Source: Eledone cirrhosa (lineage: Eukaryota). From it: a stretch of 64,000 nt of DNA. The position numbers and the translations under genes are program-made. The stretch is from the NCBI GenBank assembly GCA_964016885.1, contig OZ024746.1, forward strand, positions 1,612,001-1,676,000, given 5' to 3'. Positions 1-14,488 of this stretch are shown here, in pieces; positions within the stretch are counted from its first letter, which is position 1; every line of letters begins with the position of its first letter. Under the pieces are notes generated by a model that worked only from the letters and a program-made list of their open reading frames with translations, ran no database searches and was not told where the DNA came from.

Positions 1-69
1 TATATATATATGTGTGTGTTTATCCCAGGTTCAATCGAGGGTAGCCATAGTAAAATATGTCTTCTAGAG

Positions 70-120
70 GGCTTCCTGATGATTTCTCCCAAATGAAACA
101 GTTCTAGCCCTGTAGAAGCC
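70..120 (+). ncRNA. Type I hammerhead ribozyme motif (family A)
   Basis: Stem I ggcttc/gaagcc; CTGATGA 76-82; weak stem II with U-U at its base; GAAA 95-98; stem III cag/ctg; GUA triplet with predicted cleavage after 114. Confidence 0.75.
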
Positions 121-133
121 ATTTCTCTCCCTC

Positions 134-192
<59 letters not shown>

Positions 193-207
193 TCTAACTG
201 GTTTAAC

Positions 208-848
208 ATGGACATATACACACATTACACAGTCATGTATGTTTATATAGACATACACACATATATACACACATTACACAGTCATGTATGTTTATATAGA
301 CATACCCACACATATATACACACATTACACAGTCATGTATGTTTATATAGACATACACACACATATATACACACATTACACAGTCATGTATGTTTATATA
401 GACATACCCACACATGTATACACACATTACACAGTCATGTATGTTTATATAGACATACACATATATATACACACATTGCACAGCCATGTATGTATATATA
501 GTATACACACATTGCACAGCCATGTATGTATATATAGTATACACACATTACACAGCCATGTATGTATATATATAACAGCCATGTATGTATATATAGTATA
601 CACACATTACACAGCCATGTATGTATATATATAGTAGCCATGTATGTATATATAGTATACACACATTACACAGCCATGTATGTATATATAGTATACACAC
701 ATTGCACAGCCATGTATGTATATATATAGTAGCCATGTATGTATATATAGTATACACACATTACACAGCCATGTATGTATATATAGTATACACACATTAC
801 ACAGCCATGTATGTATATATAGTATACACACATTACACAGCCATGTAT
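208..848. repeat. Minisatellite, 46-bp units grading into ~34-bp units (tatacacacattacacagYcatgtatg)
   Basis: Tandem copies read directly. Confidence 0.9.
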
Positions 849-984
849 GTTAACATCCAACCAATGACGAAACTAAAACAAGAATTGATGGAAAACAGTA
901 AAATTTATTACAATATTTTCACTGCAGTTATCTGTAAATAATGAAAATGAACTGTTGAGACATTAGGTTATGTTGGGATAGAAT

Positions 985-1183
985 AGGGGTATATACTGTA
1001 GGGGGGGGGGTATATACTGTAGGGGGTATACTGTAGGGGGGGGGGTATATACTGTAGGGGATATACTGTAGGGGGGAATATACTGTAGGAAGGTATACTG
1101 TAGGGGAGGATATACTGTAGGGGACGATATACTGTAGGGCGGTATATTGTAGGGTATATACTGTAGGGGGATATATATTGTAG
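985..1183. repeat. G-run minisatellite (gtatatactgtaggggg)
   Basis: About 10 degenerate tandem copies. Confidence 0.85.
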
Positions 1184-1530
1184 GGACTTGGGGTTATGTT
1201 GGACTTTCTTGCAAAAGATTGTGACATTTTCTTCATTTTAATTTTTCTATCAGAATTCTAAATATTAATATTAATATATATATATTAATATTAATATTAA
1301 TATATATATATTAATATTAATATTAATATATATATATTAATATTAATATTAATATATATATATATTAATATTAATATTAATATATAGTATATAAAGTTTG
1401 AAATAAAGTAGAATTATAAGTTTACATCATAACAAAGTTAGTGTGGGGGACTTAATACCCTCTGGAAAAAGGATGAGTATTAATGTACAAGTGTGCCTCT
1501 AGTTGTCTCTCTCTCTCTCTCTCTCTCTCT

Positions 1531-2597
1531 CTATGTATGTAAATATGTATCTATGTATGTATGTATGTATCTATGTATGTATGTATGTATCTATGTATGT
1601 ATGTATCTATGTATGTATGTATCTATGTATGTATGTATGTATCTATGTATGTATGTATGTATCTATGTATGTATGTATCTATGTATGTATGTATCTATGT
1701 ATGTATGTATCTATGTATGTATGTATGTATCTATGTAAATATGTATCTATATATCTATGTATGTATGTATGTATGTAAATATGTATCTATGTATGTATGT
1801 ATCTATGTATGTATGTATCTATATATCTATGTATGTATGTATGTATGTATGTATGTATGTATCTATGTATGTATGTATCTATATATCTATGTATGTATGT
1901 ATGTATCTATGTATGTATGTATCTATGTATCTATGTATGTATGTATGTATCTATGTATGTATGTATCTATGTAAATATGTATCTATGTATGTATGTATGT
2001 ATGTATCTATGTAAATATGTATCTATGTATCTATGTATGTATGTATGTATCTATGTAAATATGTATCTATGTATCTATGTATCTATGTATATATCTATGT
2101 ATGTATGTATCTATGTAAATATGTATCTATATATCTATGTATGTATGTATGTATCTATGTAAATATGTATCTATATATCTATGTATGTATGTATATGTAT
2201 GTATGTATCTATGTAAATATGTATCTATATATCTATGTATGTATATGTATGTATGTATCTATATATCTATGTATGTATGTATATGTATCTATGTATCTAT
2301 GTAAATATGTATCTATATATCTATGTATGTATGTATATGTATCTATGTAAATATGTATCTATATATCTATGTATGTATATGTATGTATGTATCTATGTAA
2401 ATATGTATCTATATATCTATGTATGTATGTATATGTATGTATGTATCTATGTAAATATGTATCTATATATCTATGTATGTATGTATATGTATCTATGTAA
2501 ATATGTATCTATATATCTATGTATGTATATGTATGTATGTATCTATGTAAATATGTATCTATATATCTATGTATGTATGTATATGTATCTATGTATG
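1531..2597. repeat. Compound (TATG)n/(TATC) microsatellite
   Basis: Read directly. Confidence 0.95.
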
Positions 2598-3323
2598 AAG
2601 ACCCTTCAGTTGTGTCAAAGATATGGCAACCACTTTAATGCTGGTGTCACAATAAAATGGACTCTTTGGAGCATGGGACTCTGTGAGATGTGGACCTTCA
2701 GCTTATATGAGAGGTCAGTAGCCTCGCTTCAGTACCGACTTATAGTCTGAGAAGACCCCTCCAACCCTTGCTAGCAGAGAAAGCAGATGTTAAAACGATG
2801 ATAATGATATATATATATGGGTGCCTTTGTGTATACATACTAACCCTTAGAGAGCTAAGGAGCCTCTAGAAGACAGGACTCTGCTTCCATGATCCTCCCA
2901 CGAATAGAAGGTATATAGTCAGAAATGAGGGAGAAAAGGAGAAGAAATGAAACTTGGCCCTCATTCTGACTCACTTGAATTCAGGTTTGTTGATGTGGAA
3001 TTTCAGTGGAGTTTGGTAGAGTGGAAGAATGACAGACTTTGATAAGAAGAGAAGTAGATTAGTTTGTGTCAATTGGAAGATTAGAATATCTTCTCTGAAG
3101 TCTGTGAAAGATAGTATTTCTTGAACTGTAATGTTTAAGCATTGGAAAGGAAAAACAAAATGTGTTTTGTAGAAGTCGTTATTTATACATGTGTGTGTAC
3201 GTGATAATGGTGTAAAAACCACACAATCGGAACACCAAGAGAGAGTGGGGAAGTGCCATGCCATAAAACCCTTTCACGTTTCATTCTATATAATCTTAAA
3301 TGAATACAGAAAATGTACGTTAA

Positions 3324-3527
3324 CCCTTTAGTTACCACACTGGTTCTATGAAATAAAATCACCCATTTTAAAGGTTTCCAATTTAATTAAAAATCTTCCA
3401 GCATAATTTTATATTAGAACCTTACATTAAGTTACTATCTTAGTAATGAAATAATTAATAATTTTAGTAAATCCTTCATTGATTAATTAAAATAGTGTAT
3501 TTCATTAGAAATGTGGTGATGAAAGGG
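3324..3527. mobile_element. MITE with TTAA target duplication (piggyBac-type ends)
   Basis: ttaa|ccctttagttaccaca ... tgtggtgatgaaaggg|ttaa; imperfect terminal inverted repeats. Confidence 0.7.
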
Positions 3528-5936
3528 TTAAACTGAAAATACATCAGTTATCAATTATATATTATTAGAAATTCACATTAACAAATCAATAATTACAAGA
3601 AGTATAAATATTTTTTTAATGATTACATTTGAATTCTAACTATACCCCCCCCCCCCCATCCAACTATATTCCCAATTTGTACCAGTTATGGCTTAATTGC
3701 TGTAAATTATTGTCTTGTCTTTTACTCTATGGACACCGCTTTGGTTTATGCCAGATGCTGTGACTCCAGGTAGACCAGCTGTACCGTTGGTAGGAGTTAA
3801 AATTGCCAAAGTCCATCTCAATGGCTGAAGAGTTCAGTCTCTTTTGTTTGTTGTCTTCTCTATCTTAATTATCCTAATTTTATATTTCCAAATAGTTTGA
3901 TTTAAAAATGAGGCTGTGTGGTAACAATGATAATATCAAACTATAAAGTCAATGTGTGAGAATTGTCCGTGTGTTTGTCTCTTGCGAGTTTTCTGTTTCC
4001 TACATTTCTCCCACGTGTTTTTTAATGATATATTTCTAAATATCTTGTTTACGCATGAACTAGACAGAGTATAAAACCAACTTGGTAGTGTTAATAGATA
4101 CTATGTTGTATGTAGTAACTAGATAGATATATTAAACATTAATTGAAAAGGTTGAAGTGTATAGGAATATTCTCAGCACAAGGGGAGCCAGGAACAGCTG
4201 GATACTATTTGAATAGTAAAATTCTTTTGGGGGTGTTTAAGATATAACTACAGATAGAACGGAGAGTGGAAGAGAGGGAGAAAGAGTCTAAAGTATGAGA
4301 TGAGAGGGTTATAGAGAGTGAAAGAGAGGAGGGAAATGGGGATGAAAATGGAGCAAGACTTATGGAGAAAAACGAAGAGATGGAGGGAATAGACTAACAA
4401 TATAGTTTCTTGAAGGAAGGACTATGTCGAGAAGTAGTGACCGCGCACCAGGAATCAAATCTCTGTTATTCAAACACTAGAAAAGAGGAATGAGAGAGTG
4501 ATGGGGGGGACGTCCGTCTGAATCTGCAATCGGCAAAAGAAAGGTTGTTTGCTGTTCGAAAGGGAGCAGAGAGAGAGAGACAAAAAAAAGGGGTAGATAA
4601 AGATATAAAAAGTTACCTGTCTGTTGCATCCTATCTGTTGGGTGTAGAAAGCCTGACCTGGCTCATGTTATGTAGAGAGAAGGAGAGAACTGACTTCACA
4701 TATTTCTTTATCTTTCGAAAGTTTTTCTCTATAATCTACATTAAAAGATTTGACTGTTTCTGTGAGGAGCTTTTAAGGCACAACTGTTGTCAAGCTCAGC
4801 TTAAAATATTTTTTTATTAAAAGTTTTAAAATTGTTGTGTGTGATCGAGATGAAGTGAGTGTATTTGAAATTCATAGAAAGAAATGAACTCAACAGAGGA
4901 ACAGCTGTTAAAACAGCCAAATATGGTTGTTTTAACTATTCTATCATTAAAGTTTTCTTAGTTATTTGGCCAAGCAATATTGCTGTATTATTCATTTTAA
5001 TTGTAGTTAGACTTTGGAAGTTGGGCCTCTTCCAAGAGAACTCTTGCAATGTTGAACAAAACTATTTTCAAGTCCAGTGGAGAGAAGATTAGCAGCTCTT
5101 CACAAAGTTCAAAGGGACTGAGAGGTTCTTTTCAAGAAGCACAGAACATCAGGCACCCACAAGCTGCCCCAGCCTAGTTCTCCCAAGGTCTGGAACAATG
5201 TATTGATTGACCCTACCCCAGTCTTATAGCCGCTAGCTTGAAGCACTCATGGCTACAGTCAATCGGGAATATAATGAACATTCTAGAATCACATTAGAAC
5301 TAAAACATGAGCATAGAAAGTGCTGAAATGTTCCTTATGATCTCCTAATTCTTTAATTCTGGCTGTCTGTCAGTGTGGATTATTTCATTGAATTTTCTTT
5401 TACTCTTTGGTATTTAAAATATGATTATCTTATGGTTTAAATTAAAATAAGAGATAGACAAAAATAATAATAAAACTTAAAAATGAGTTGGTAATTTTTT
5501 ATTCTTTCAAAAGACCACATAGAATGGCACAGAAGACCAGAGGTTCCCCATCTCTGGCCTAGCTCAATTGTAATTAATGTACTGTTGAAGGTGTAGCATT
5601 TATTTTTGTGGTTGTTGATGATAGACATTTCTATTTTATGTGTGTTTGTCTCTCTCTCTCTGTATGTATGTGCGTTTCTCTCTCTGTGATGATTGAGAGA
5701 TGAAGACATCTTCACTCCATCTCTGGGAGGTTTACACTCCTCAACGGCCTTCACTCCATCTCTGGGAGGTTTACACTCCTCAACGGCCTTCACTGTATTG
5801 AGAAGTTTTACCTGTTTAACAGAACTGCTGAAATTTAAAACAGCATACCTGAGTGGAAAGATATTTCAGTTGACACTCACACTGCCCCCCCCCCCCCCAC
5901 ACACACACACTTAAGTGGAGAGAGTGGGAACAATTA

Positions 5937-6341
5937 TTCTAGAGCCAGGAGTATGTCAGTCTAGGGCCAGGAGTATATGTCAGTCTAGAGCCAGGAGTAT
6001 ATGTCAGTCTAGGGCCAGGAGTATATGTCAGTCTAGGGCCAGGAGTATATGTCAGTCTAGAGCCAGGAGTATATGTCAGTCTAGGGCCAGGAGTATATGT
6101 CAGTCTAGGGCCAGGAGTATATGTCAGTCTAGAGCCAGGAGTATGTCAGTCTAGGGCCAGGAGTATATGTCAGTCTAGGGCCAGGAGTATATGTCAGTCT
6201 AGAGCCAGGAGTATATGTCAGTCTAGGGCCAGGAGTATATGTCAGTCTAGGGCCAGGAGTATATGTCAGTCTAGAGCCAGGAGTATGTGTCAGTCTAGAG
6301 CCAGGAGTATGTCAGTCTAGGGCCAGGAGTATATGTCAGTC
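5937..6341. repeat. 24-bp minisatellite ctagRgccaggagtatatgtcagt, ~17 copies
   Basis: Read directly; explains the CQSRARSI repeat ORF. Confidence 0.95.
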
Positions 6342-6444
6342 TGAAAACTTACTATCTTCCTTACAATATGTTCAGTTTTTGTAGGAGTAAAATACAAGAA
6401 AAAAACAAGCATTTTTTTCCAACATGTAATAGTGATAACAGAAT

Positions 6445-6690
6445 AAGAGAGATGGGGTGTTATACAAAAACAGTAAAACACTCACCAATATATCTGTTAA
6501 GAGATTGGGTGTTATATAAAAAAGTAAAACACCAATATATCTGTTAAGAGATGGGGTGTTATACAAAAACAGTAAAACACCAATATATCTGTTAAGAAAT
6601 GGGGTATTATATAAAAACAGTAAAACACCAATATATCTGTTAAGAGATGGGGTGTTATATAAAAACAGTAAAATACTCACCAATATGTCC
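6445..6690. repeat. ~45-bp minisatellite, ~5 copies
   Basis: taagagatggggtgttatacaaaaacagtaaaacaccaatatatctgt repeated. Confidence 0.9.
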
Positions 6691-6900
6691 AACTATTATT
6701 AACATTATTACCTCATTATTTCTGCTAATGACAGTTTTAAAACATTATATTATTTTTAATAATAAAACGTTGCAAATATACAAAAGAGGAAATAATAAAA
6801 TTATATAGAAAGGACTTTCAGACTTTGAAAGTCTAAAATGTTTTCTTTTTTCTCTTCTTTGAAAGACAGAGAAGGAAAAAAAAATATATATATATTATTT

Positions 6901-6953
6901 ATACTCTTTTACCTGTTCCAGCCATCCGACTGAGGCCATGCTGGGGCACCACC
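6901..6953 (-). mobile_element. Isolated 3' tail of the CR1-like LINE family at 48960-50092 (or of its partner SINE)
   Basis: Reverse complement ggtggtgccccagcatggcctcagtcggatggctggaacaggtaaaagagtat matches 50033-50092. Confidence 0.75.
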
Positions 6954-7379
6954 CCATATATATATATTTTAATTTTATTTTATTTTTATTGCTGCAGAAA
7001 TCTAAATTTTGTTTGTTTATTTTTATTCTATTTATTTTTAATGAGGTGCCTGCATGGAAAAGCCTTTGCTGCTGCTGATATATATATATATATATATATA
7101 TAATGTATATTACTCCACCGTTTTTTTCTTCTTTTTTTTTAAATCTTAAAATATATTTTATCATTTTGTAAATCTATGTAAATACAATTTTTTCACATCA
7201 ATCAATCAAATTTTGTTTTTGTTTGTGAAATTATTTCAAAATATATGTTCTATTTTAATATAGGTCTTCTTTTCTTGGATACGTCAGTCATCGTCTTATG
7301 CCTGCTCTTTACACATACATTAACACAAGCAAGATACCAGTTATATGCAGGGTAACCTGGTGAACACTGCTGTAGACTG

Positions 7380-8020
7380 AGTCATTAAAACTAAGAGACA
7401 AGCATGGGAAGACTGGAAAATGGCTTGGAAGTTGTACTGGAGTTTAGTATCAAAGTTACTTGTTGCCTAGAAGCCCCTATATTGGGACCTTAGCACTATT
7501 TGTCCAAACACAAATAGTGCTAAGTTGAAGTCCCTATATTGAGGCCTTAGTATTTGTGTTTGGACAAATAGTGCTAAGTTGAAATCATTCAATATGGGAG
7601 CTGGACTCCACGAAGGTTGCATACTGTCACCTATCTTCTTCATAATTTTCACTAATAGGATTGACATGCACAACAAGATTGGTATTAAGACAAGTGGGTT
7701 TAGGATCAGTTGACTGGAACTGGATGAAATGGGGTTCCTCCAAAGGGTCTTTGGAGTAACATTACAAGATAAGGTGCATAACTCAGAAATCAGGGCAAAA
7801 CCAACCACCAGGAGACCCAGAAGTAGACCACGAGCAAGATAGTTGGATGACACCCATGAGCTTGGTTGGTCTCATTTGGGAATCCAGCCGGATGAGTTGG
7901 AGATGGTTGCTTCTGACAGGACCCTGTGGGTGACCTTCCCAGATATAGAAGGTATATAGCCACAAATGTGGGGAAAAGGAGCAAGAAATGAAACTTGGTC
8001 TTTTTCTGACTTCTCGTTGG
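7380..8020 (+). mobile_element. Decayed RTE-type LINE fragments
   Basis: GLHEGCILSPIFF-like RT remnant near 7600; 3' part similar to 11600-11970. Confidence 0.55.
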
Positions 8021-8651
8021 TGTGATATGGTTGTAATAACTGACATCACAGTTTAGAGATCATCATCTTCGTTTAACGTCCATTTTCCACGCTAGCATGG
8101 GTTAGCTACACTAAACATTAAAATAGTACTGTTTAGTGATACATAAAAACATATCAGTAACAACAATCATTTGGAAGCCTAACAAAAACAATAATGTTTA
8201 AGTCAGCGATAATATTGTTTATAAGGAAACTTACTGACACTATAGGTATTTTAATCCCAGACATGAACACACAAACATGAGGCTACAAGGAAGCCTGCAT
8301 ATGGCTTCTTGGTTTACCAGAAATAACAACCAAATCACTCCTAAATCTGTGTGATTGTTCCTATCTACACTACATCTTCTGTGTATCTGCTTCAGCAAGA
8401 AAACTATGAGAGTGATGTCAAGTTTCCCCTGACTCCATTTGTGGTTCCTGGTTAGTCTTGATTTGAACTTTTTTGAAAAGAAAGGCAGGTGGGAGGTGCA
8501 AGAGGTAACAACACATCAACCACTCTCTGAATGTTTGTATTAACATCCTGCAATGATTTAGCAGAAAATATCTAAAAACTGGTTTATTAATTCAAATGTT
8601 TATAGTATCTTTACTGTTGGACAGATCATGGTGATCGTCAATATTCTATGT

Positions 8652-8892
8652 CAGTGATTCCCACCGTGGGACAGATGCCCCACCGTGATGTTAATGAGAA
8701 CAAACTTCAGGTTTTACCTTATTACTTTACACCAAAATAACTTTGGTAGACATTAATGTCAGAAACTCCTGTCTCACCTCCACAAGACATGTTATTGTGA
8801 ACCTGGCACCACCTATATGTCAATTTGTTTACACTTGATCATCGCTGAGATGTTGAGGAGGGGCATGGTACACAAAAGGCTGGGAACCACTG
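8652..8892. mobile_element. hAT-type MITE
   Basis: Terminal inverted repeats cagtgattccca / tgggaaccactg; 8-bp target duplication ttctatgt / ttgtatgt (7 of 8 match). Confidence 0.8.
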
Positions 8893-9106
8893 TTGTATGT
8901 TAAATAAATATGCTTTTCTGATGCAGTCGATACATTTATAAATAAGAGCCAAAACAAGATTAATATATAAGAAGCTAAATTAGGTATTATCTACAAAAAG
9001 GTGTGAATATATACATGAAGCTATTATATATAAGAAGGTATTATATACAAGGAGCTAAATCAAGTATTATATACAAGAAGGTATCATCATCATCATCAAC
9101 ATATAG

Positions 9107-9327
9107 CCCTTTAGCATTTAAACCGGCCATATCTGGCCAGAATTCTCTCACCTCTTTCTGTTCAGGCCAGCCGTAACTGGTCACTCATACTTATGTTAAG
9201 TTATTGTTCTCAAAATAAATAATATCAAAATCTTGTAGATTCAATATTATGTGAGATAATTATGTAAAATAAAGTGTTTACCGTGAAAATACAATAGTAA
9301 ATATAGAGTAATGTAAATGCTAAAGGG
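9107..9327. mobile_element. piggyBac-type MITE
   Basis: 14-bp terminal inverted repeat ccctttagcattta / taaatgctaaaggg, followed by ttaa on the right. Confidence 0.7.
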
Positions 9328-9869
9328 TTAATGTCTGCTTTCAATGCTGCAAGAGTTGGACAAGTCTACAGAGTTGCAAGAATATGTCCAATAATTCCAA
9401 AATCATTGGAAGAAGAAATAGAACTGATTTTCTGTAGAAATGAAGAAAAATGATAGTTTCGTTCATCTTGTTTGAGACGTGAATGTTATTAGTGTGAATA
9501 ACATCTGCCACCTGATATTACAGATTTGCTGACAAACACTTCACTGAACTTTTAGAAGCAATCAAAAGTCTATTATTTCTGATATTCCAATCAATAGATT
9601 ACATTCTTTCAATTATCTTCAGGTCACTAAACATTGCCTCTTAAGTCAACAAAATATTTTCTCTGACATTAAATTTAACTTTGGACATCAGAAGAGAGCT
9701 CTGTGTGTGTGTGTGTTCATCATCACTCACCATTTAATGACCATTTTTCCAAGCTAGCATGGGTTAGATGAGCTGTTCCGTTGTGAGACAAGCCAGATCA
9801 GGTGACCATGTCTTGTTCAAACAGAACTGTTTCTAGTTTGGTTTCTAACAAGTTTTAATAGCCAACAAC

Positions 9870-9970
<101 letters not shown>

Positions 9971-10049
9971 GAACGATCGACTTTCGTCAAATCGGACCGA
10001 GGAAACAATGTTTCCGTTAGTCTTTCCAGTTGCTAATACTATCTATCAG

Positions 10050-10166
10050 TCGCAACTCCAGGTAGAAGGAGCAACATGAAATAAAGTGTCTTGCTCAAGG
10101 ACATAACGTATCACTCGGTCCAGGAATCGAACTCACAACCTCACGGTTCCGAAACCATTTCTCTAA
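10050..10166 (-). mobile_element. tRNA-derived SINE head plus conserved body
   Basis: Minus strand A-box tggctaagggg and B-box gttcgattcc, then gtccttgagcaagacactttatttca; the same body occurs at 53805-53845. Confidence 0.7.
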
Positions 10167-11454
10167 CCCCTTAGCCACGCACCTTCATATATATATATTT
10201 ATATATCATCATCAATTTTACCAGGACAACTCGTCTAACCCATGCTAGCATGGAAAAAATGGACGTTAAATGGTGACGATGATATTATATATTATATATA
10301 GCCATCTAACAGACTTGAGTGGTCAAATAAAGGTTAAAATGAAAATCTAACAAGAAAGTCTTCAGGTAAATACCTCGAAATAATTATATTTAGAAGAAAC
10401 TATGGAACTATTTTGTATTCTACTTACCGGTTGAATTTCCTCTTTTCTCTATTTATATAAATAAATGTTTGTAATAAGAAACGTCTTGTAAACATATCTA
10501 ATATCTGACCAAATACCAAATGAGTTGTATTTTTATCTTGGTATTACAAAAGTTCTTGATGGTTGCATAATATGTTGTCTGAAAAACTCACTTATAGAAT
10601 CTCCATAAATAGTTTTTCTTAACCGTTTCCTTACCATATGTCTGGTGAAAGACACTGCTCACCATTTTCAAATAATTTTGAAAATAATCAAGAATTTGAA
10701 TGGATTTTGTAATATAGAAACTTTTTCGTTATTAAGCTGGTACAGAGCAGTGGATAGGCAGAATTGGTAAGGTATCAGATAAAATGCCACTACAATATGT
10801 GTCTAGGTTTGTTTACATTGAGTTCCAATCTTTCCCAGATCAACAGTCATTCCTATGATAGATGTATGATTTAATTTCTACAGGTATCTCTGTCCACCTT
10901 TTGTCCATCTTCAGAGGTAGGTAATATACACAATATATTCAGTTATTTTTATAGTTCAAATTGCTTCCCCAAATTGCTGCCCTTGTGCCTACATTAGAAA
11001 TAATCTTTTCAATAAGGTTTTTCTTATGTAAGTGCCATATACCTCTTTGTTTACAACTCAGAAATATGGTGATGGAGCAGGGGGGAGAACCTAGGAGTAA
11101 TCTGGCGTCCATTGTTGACCCACCTGTGAGAGGGTGTTATGATTGAGGGTGGAATCACCCAAAGAATGATGACATCAACACCTCCTGGCCAAGGCAATGT
11201 TTACCGAAGGTGAATGAATGTCAGGTATCTTCTTGAAGATGTAATTATGCTTGTTTATATATATATATATGTGTGTGTGTCCCACCCTTGCAAGCAGGGA
11301 AAAGCAGACGTATGATGATGATGTGTGTGTGTGTGTGTAGGTATATGAGGTTCAGCTGAAAAATTCATAAACTGACCAAGATACTCTCGTGGAATGACAA
11401 AATGAGGTTTATTTTTCAACATAGTCCCTGGAAAAAAGTTGGCACATTACTTGT

Positions 11455-11975
11455 TTCTTTCCAACTTCAGTATTTGGTAATCAGAAGAAGGGAGGTAGGT
11501 GTAAAAGCCAAACTCTCCATCTTCAATTTGGTATTTATGCCCACCCTTACCTATGGTCATGAATCTTGGGTAATGACCAAATAATGCGATCGTGAATACA
11601 AGCAGCCAAAATGGGGTTCCTCCGGGGGGGACGGGTCTTTAGAGTAATGTTACTCAATAGAGTGTAGCTCAGAGATGAGAGTCACTCCAGGTAGAGCCTC
11701 TACAAATTGAGAGATCACAGCTCTGATACTATGGGGGACAAGTGGTTAGAATGTCTCAGGAAAGAATTGCTGGACAGATTTTACAGGCAAAACCAACTGG
11801 CAAGAGACCCAGGAGTGGACCTTGAGCAAGATGGTTGGATAACATCCATGAACTTGGCTGGTTTCACTTGGGGATCCAGCCAGATCAATTGGAGACAGTT
11901 ACTTCTGACAGGACCCACTGGAAGGAGTCTTTGAGGGCACTGCCTCCACGACCCTTTCATGAATAAGTGGGCAAA
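11455..11975 (+). mobile_element. Decayed RTE-type LINE 3' fragment
   Basis: KAKLSIFNLVFMPTLTYGHESW C-terminal motif with stops; homologous piece at 29450-29590. Confidence 0.7.
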
Positions 11976-13408
11976 GAAGTTGTGTATTGTGTGATGCTGT
12001 TGAGGGTGCTTAGCTATTCCAGGACCTTAGCCTCACTCTCACCTGTGGCAATACTGCGAATATTTTGGCTTTCCTCGAAAATCTTAAGAGGAAAACACCA
12101 TCATTCTTCGTTATAGAACACTTCTCTATTTTTTTTTTTCTGGCTAATTTTTGTTGGTTTGTTTCTTCTGTAAAACATATTTTCATATTTGTTAGGTGTA
12201 GAGTCCATCATCCCCTTCCGTTACCTAATAGTCCTTGCTCTTTCCCTCCTTTTCTTCTCATTTATGGCATTTATAGTCCTTTTCATTACTTTCCTATAAC
12301 AACCAGATCTGACCTTCTTTACCCCTTCCCACCATGGTATAACTTCTGTAAAATATAGTTGACATATGTTTATATCAGAGATACCACACACAATATATAT
12401 ATATAAAAGATACCACACACAATATATATATATAAAAGATACCACACACAATATATATATGAGATACCACACACAATATATATATAAGAGATACCACGCA
12501 CAATATATATATATAAGAGATACCACACACAATATATATATATGAGATACCATATACAATATATATATATAAGAGATACCACACAATATATATATATAAG
12601 AGATATCACACACAATATATATAAAAGATACCACACACAATATATATATATAAGAGATACCACACACAATATATATATATGAGATACCATATACAATATA
12701 TATATATAAGAGATACCACACAATATATATATATAAGAGATATCACACACAATATATATAAAAGATACCTCACACAATATATATAAAAGATACCACACAC
12801 AATATATATATGAGATACCACACACAATATATATATATGAGAGATATCACACACAATATATATATATGAGAGATATCACACACAATATATATATATAAGA
12901 GATATCACACACAATATATATATATAAGAGATACCACACACAATATATATATATGAGATACCACACACAATATATATATATATATAAGAGATACCACACA
13001 ATATATATATGAGATACCACACAATATATATATGAGATACCACACACAATATATATATAAGAGATACCACACACAATATATATATATGAGATACCATATA
13101 CAATATATATATATAAGAGATACCACACAATATATATATATAAGAGATATCACACACAATATATATAAAAGATACCTCACACAATATATATAAAAGATAC
13201 CTCACACAATATATATAAAAGATACCACACACAATATATATATAAGAGATACCACACACAATATATATATATGAGAGATATCACACACAATATATATATA
13301 AGAGATACCACACACAATATATATATATAAGAGATACCACACACAATATATATATATAAGAGATACCACACACAATATATATATATATATAAGAGATACC
13401 ACACACAA

Positions 13409-14488
13409 TCTATATATATAAAACTGTGGTTGTCTGTCTGTCTATCGATTTTTGGCACACATCTCCTCTTAGAATCTCTCACGGAATTGCACCGAAATTG
13501 CTATACTTGTACATTGAGCCCTAGCGAAGACATCGGAAAAAAAATATTTCAAATTGACCCGCCCTATCTGACGAAATCGAATATAATGTATCGATTTTTG
13601 AGCGTAAGTGATCAGTTATTTCCCTTTGTTCTGTTTACATTGAGCGTCTGCGTGCAAAAATTAAAAAAATTACGCTGGCTTTCTCAGCGTTTAAAATGAC
13701 ATTAACACAATAATTTTTACTTGAAAACAAGTCTATTTAAAGACTACGTAAAACAAGCAAATATTTCGTAAAAAAAAGCAAAAATTATATAAGTTTATTT
13801 AAAATATATGTATCTGTAAATTTCGTTAGGCGTGCAGTCAGTTTTATATATATAGATGATAAACAATAATATCCTCTATGAGGTCACTAAACCTGCTAGA
13901 AACAGCAGCTAACTCTCCCTCATATCACACCCCTCCCTACTGTCTTAAATTTAGAAAACATATCCTCTATGAGGTCACTTAACCTGCAAGAAACAGCAGC
14001 TAACTCTCCCCCATATCACACCACTCCCTACTGTCTTAAATTTAGAAAACATATCTTCTATGAGGTTACTAAACCTGCTAGAAACAGCAGCTAACTCTCC
14101 CTCATATCACACCACTCCCTACTGTCTTAAATTTAGAAAACACATATCCTCTATGAGGTCACTAAACCTGCTAGAAACAACAGCTAACTCTCCCTACTGT
14201 CTTAAATTTAGAAAACACACAGACAACCATGCAGAACAACTCCATCGCAGCTCTGTTGTTCGGCTGGCATCGTCTACTCGCGTGTTGCGCAAGTACTGTG
14301 AAACAATAAATTTCAACACTTTTTTGCACAGAGATAATATCCATAGGCGAAACTACAATTGTCACTGCTGGCGCAGCTCCTGCTTCCAGGTCTGCAATTC
14401 ATTCACCCAGTGCCTGGCAGACAAAAAAGTGCTGCAACCTAACTTTGGTAACTTAATGACCCCGAGCAACGCCGGGCTTTAATGCTAG
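13409..14488 (+). mobile_element. Non-autonomous Helitron
   Basis: 5' TCTATATATATAAAA; 3' hairpin cccgagcaacgccggg then CTAG; inserted between A and T of one satellite unit (cacacaa|...|tatatatatataagagatacc) with no target duplication. Confidence 0.85.
13869..14216. repeat. ~91-bp tandem repeat (~3.8 copies) inside the Helitron
   Basis: Units start at 13869, 13960, 14051 and 14144. Confidence 0.9.

Noticed and set aside
4616-4735. Possible minus-strand exon bounded by tag| and |gtaact
   Set aside because: All three frames contain stops and no recognisable protein or partner exons were found.
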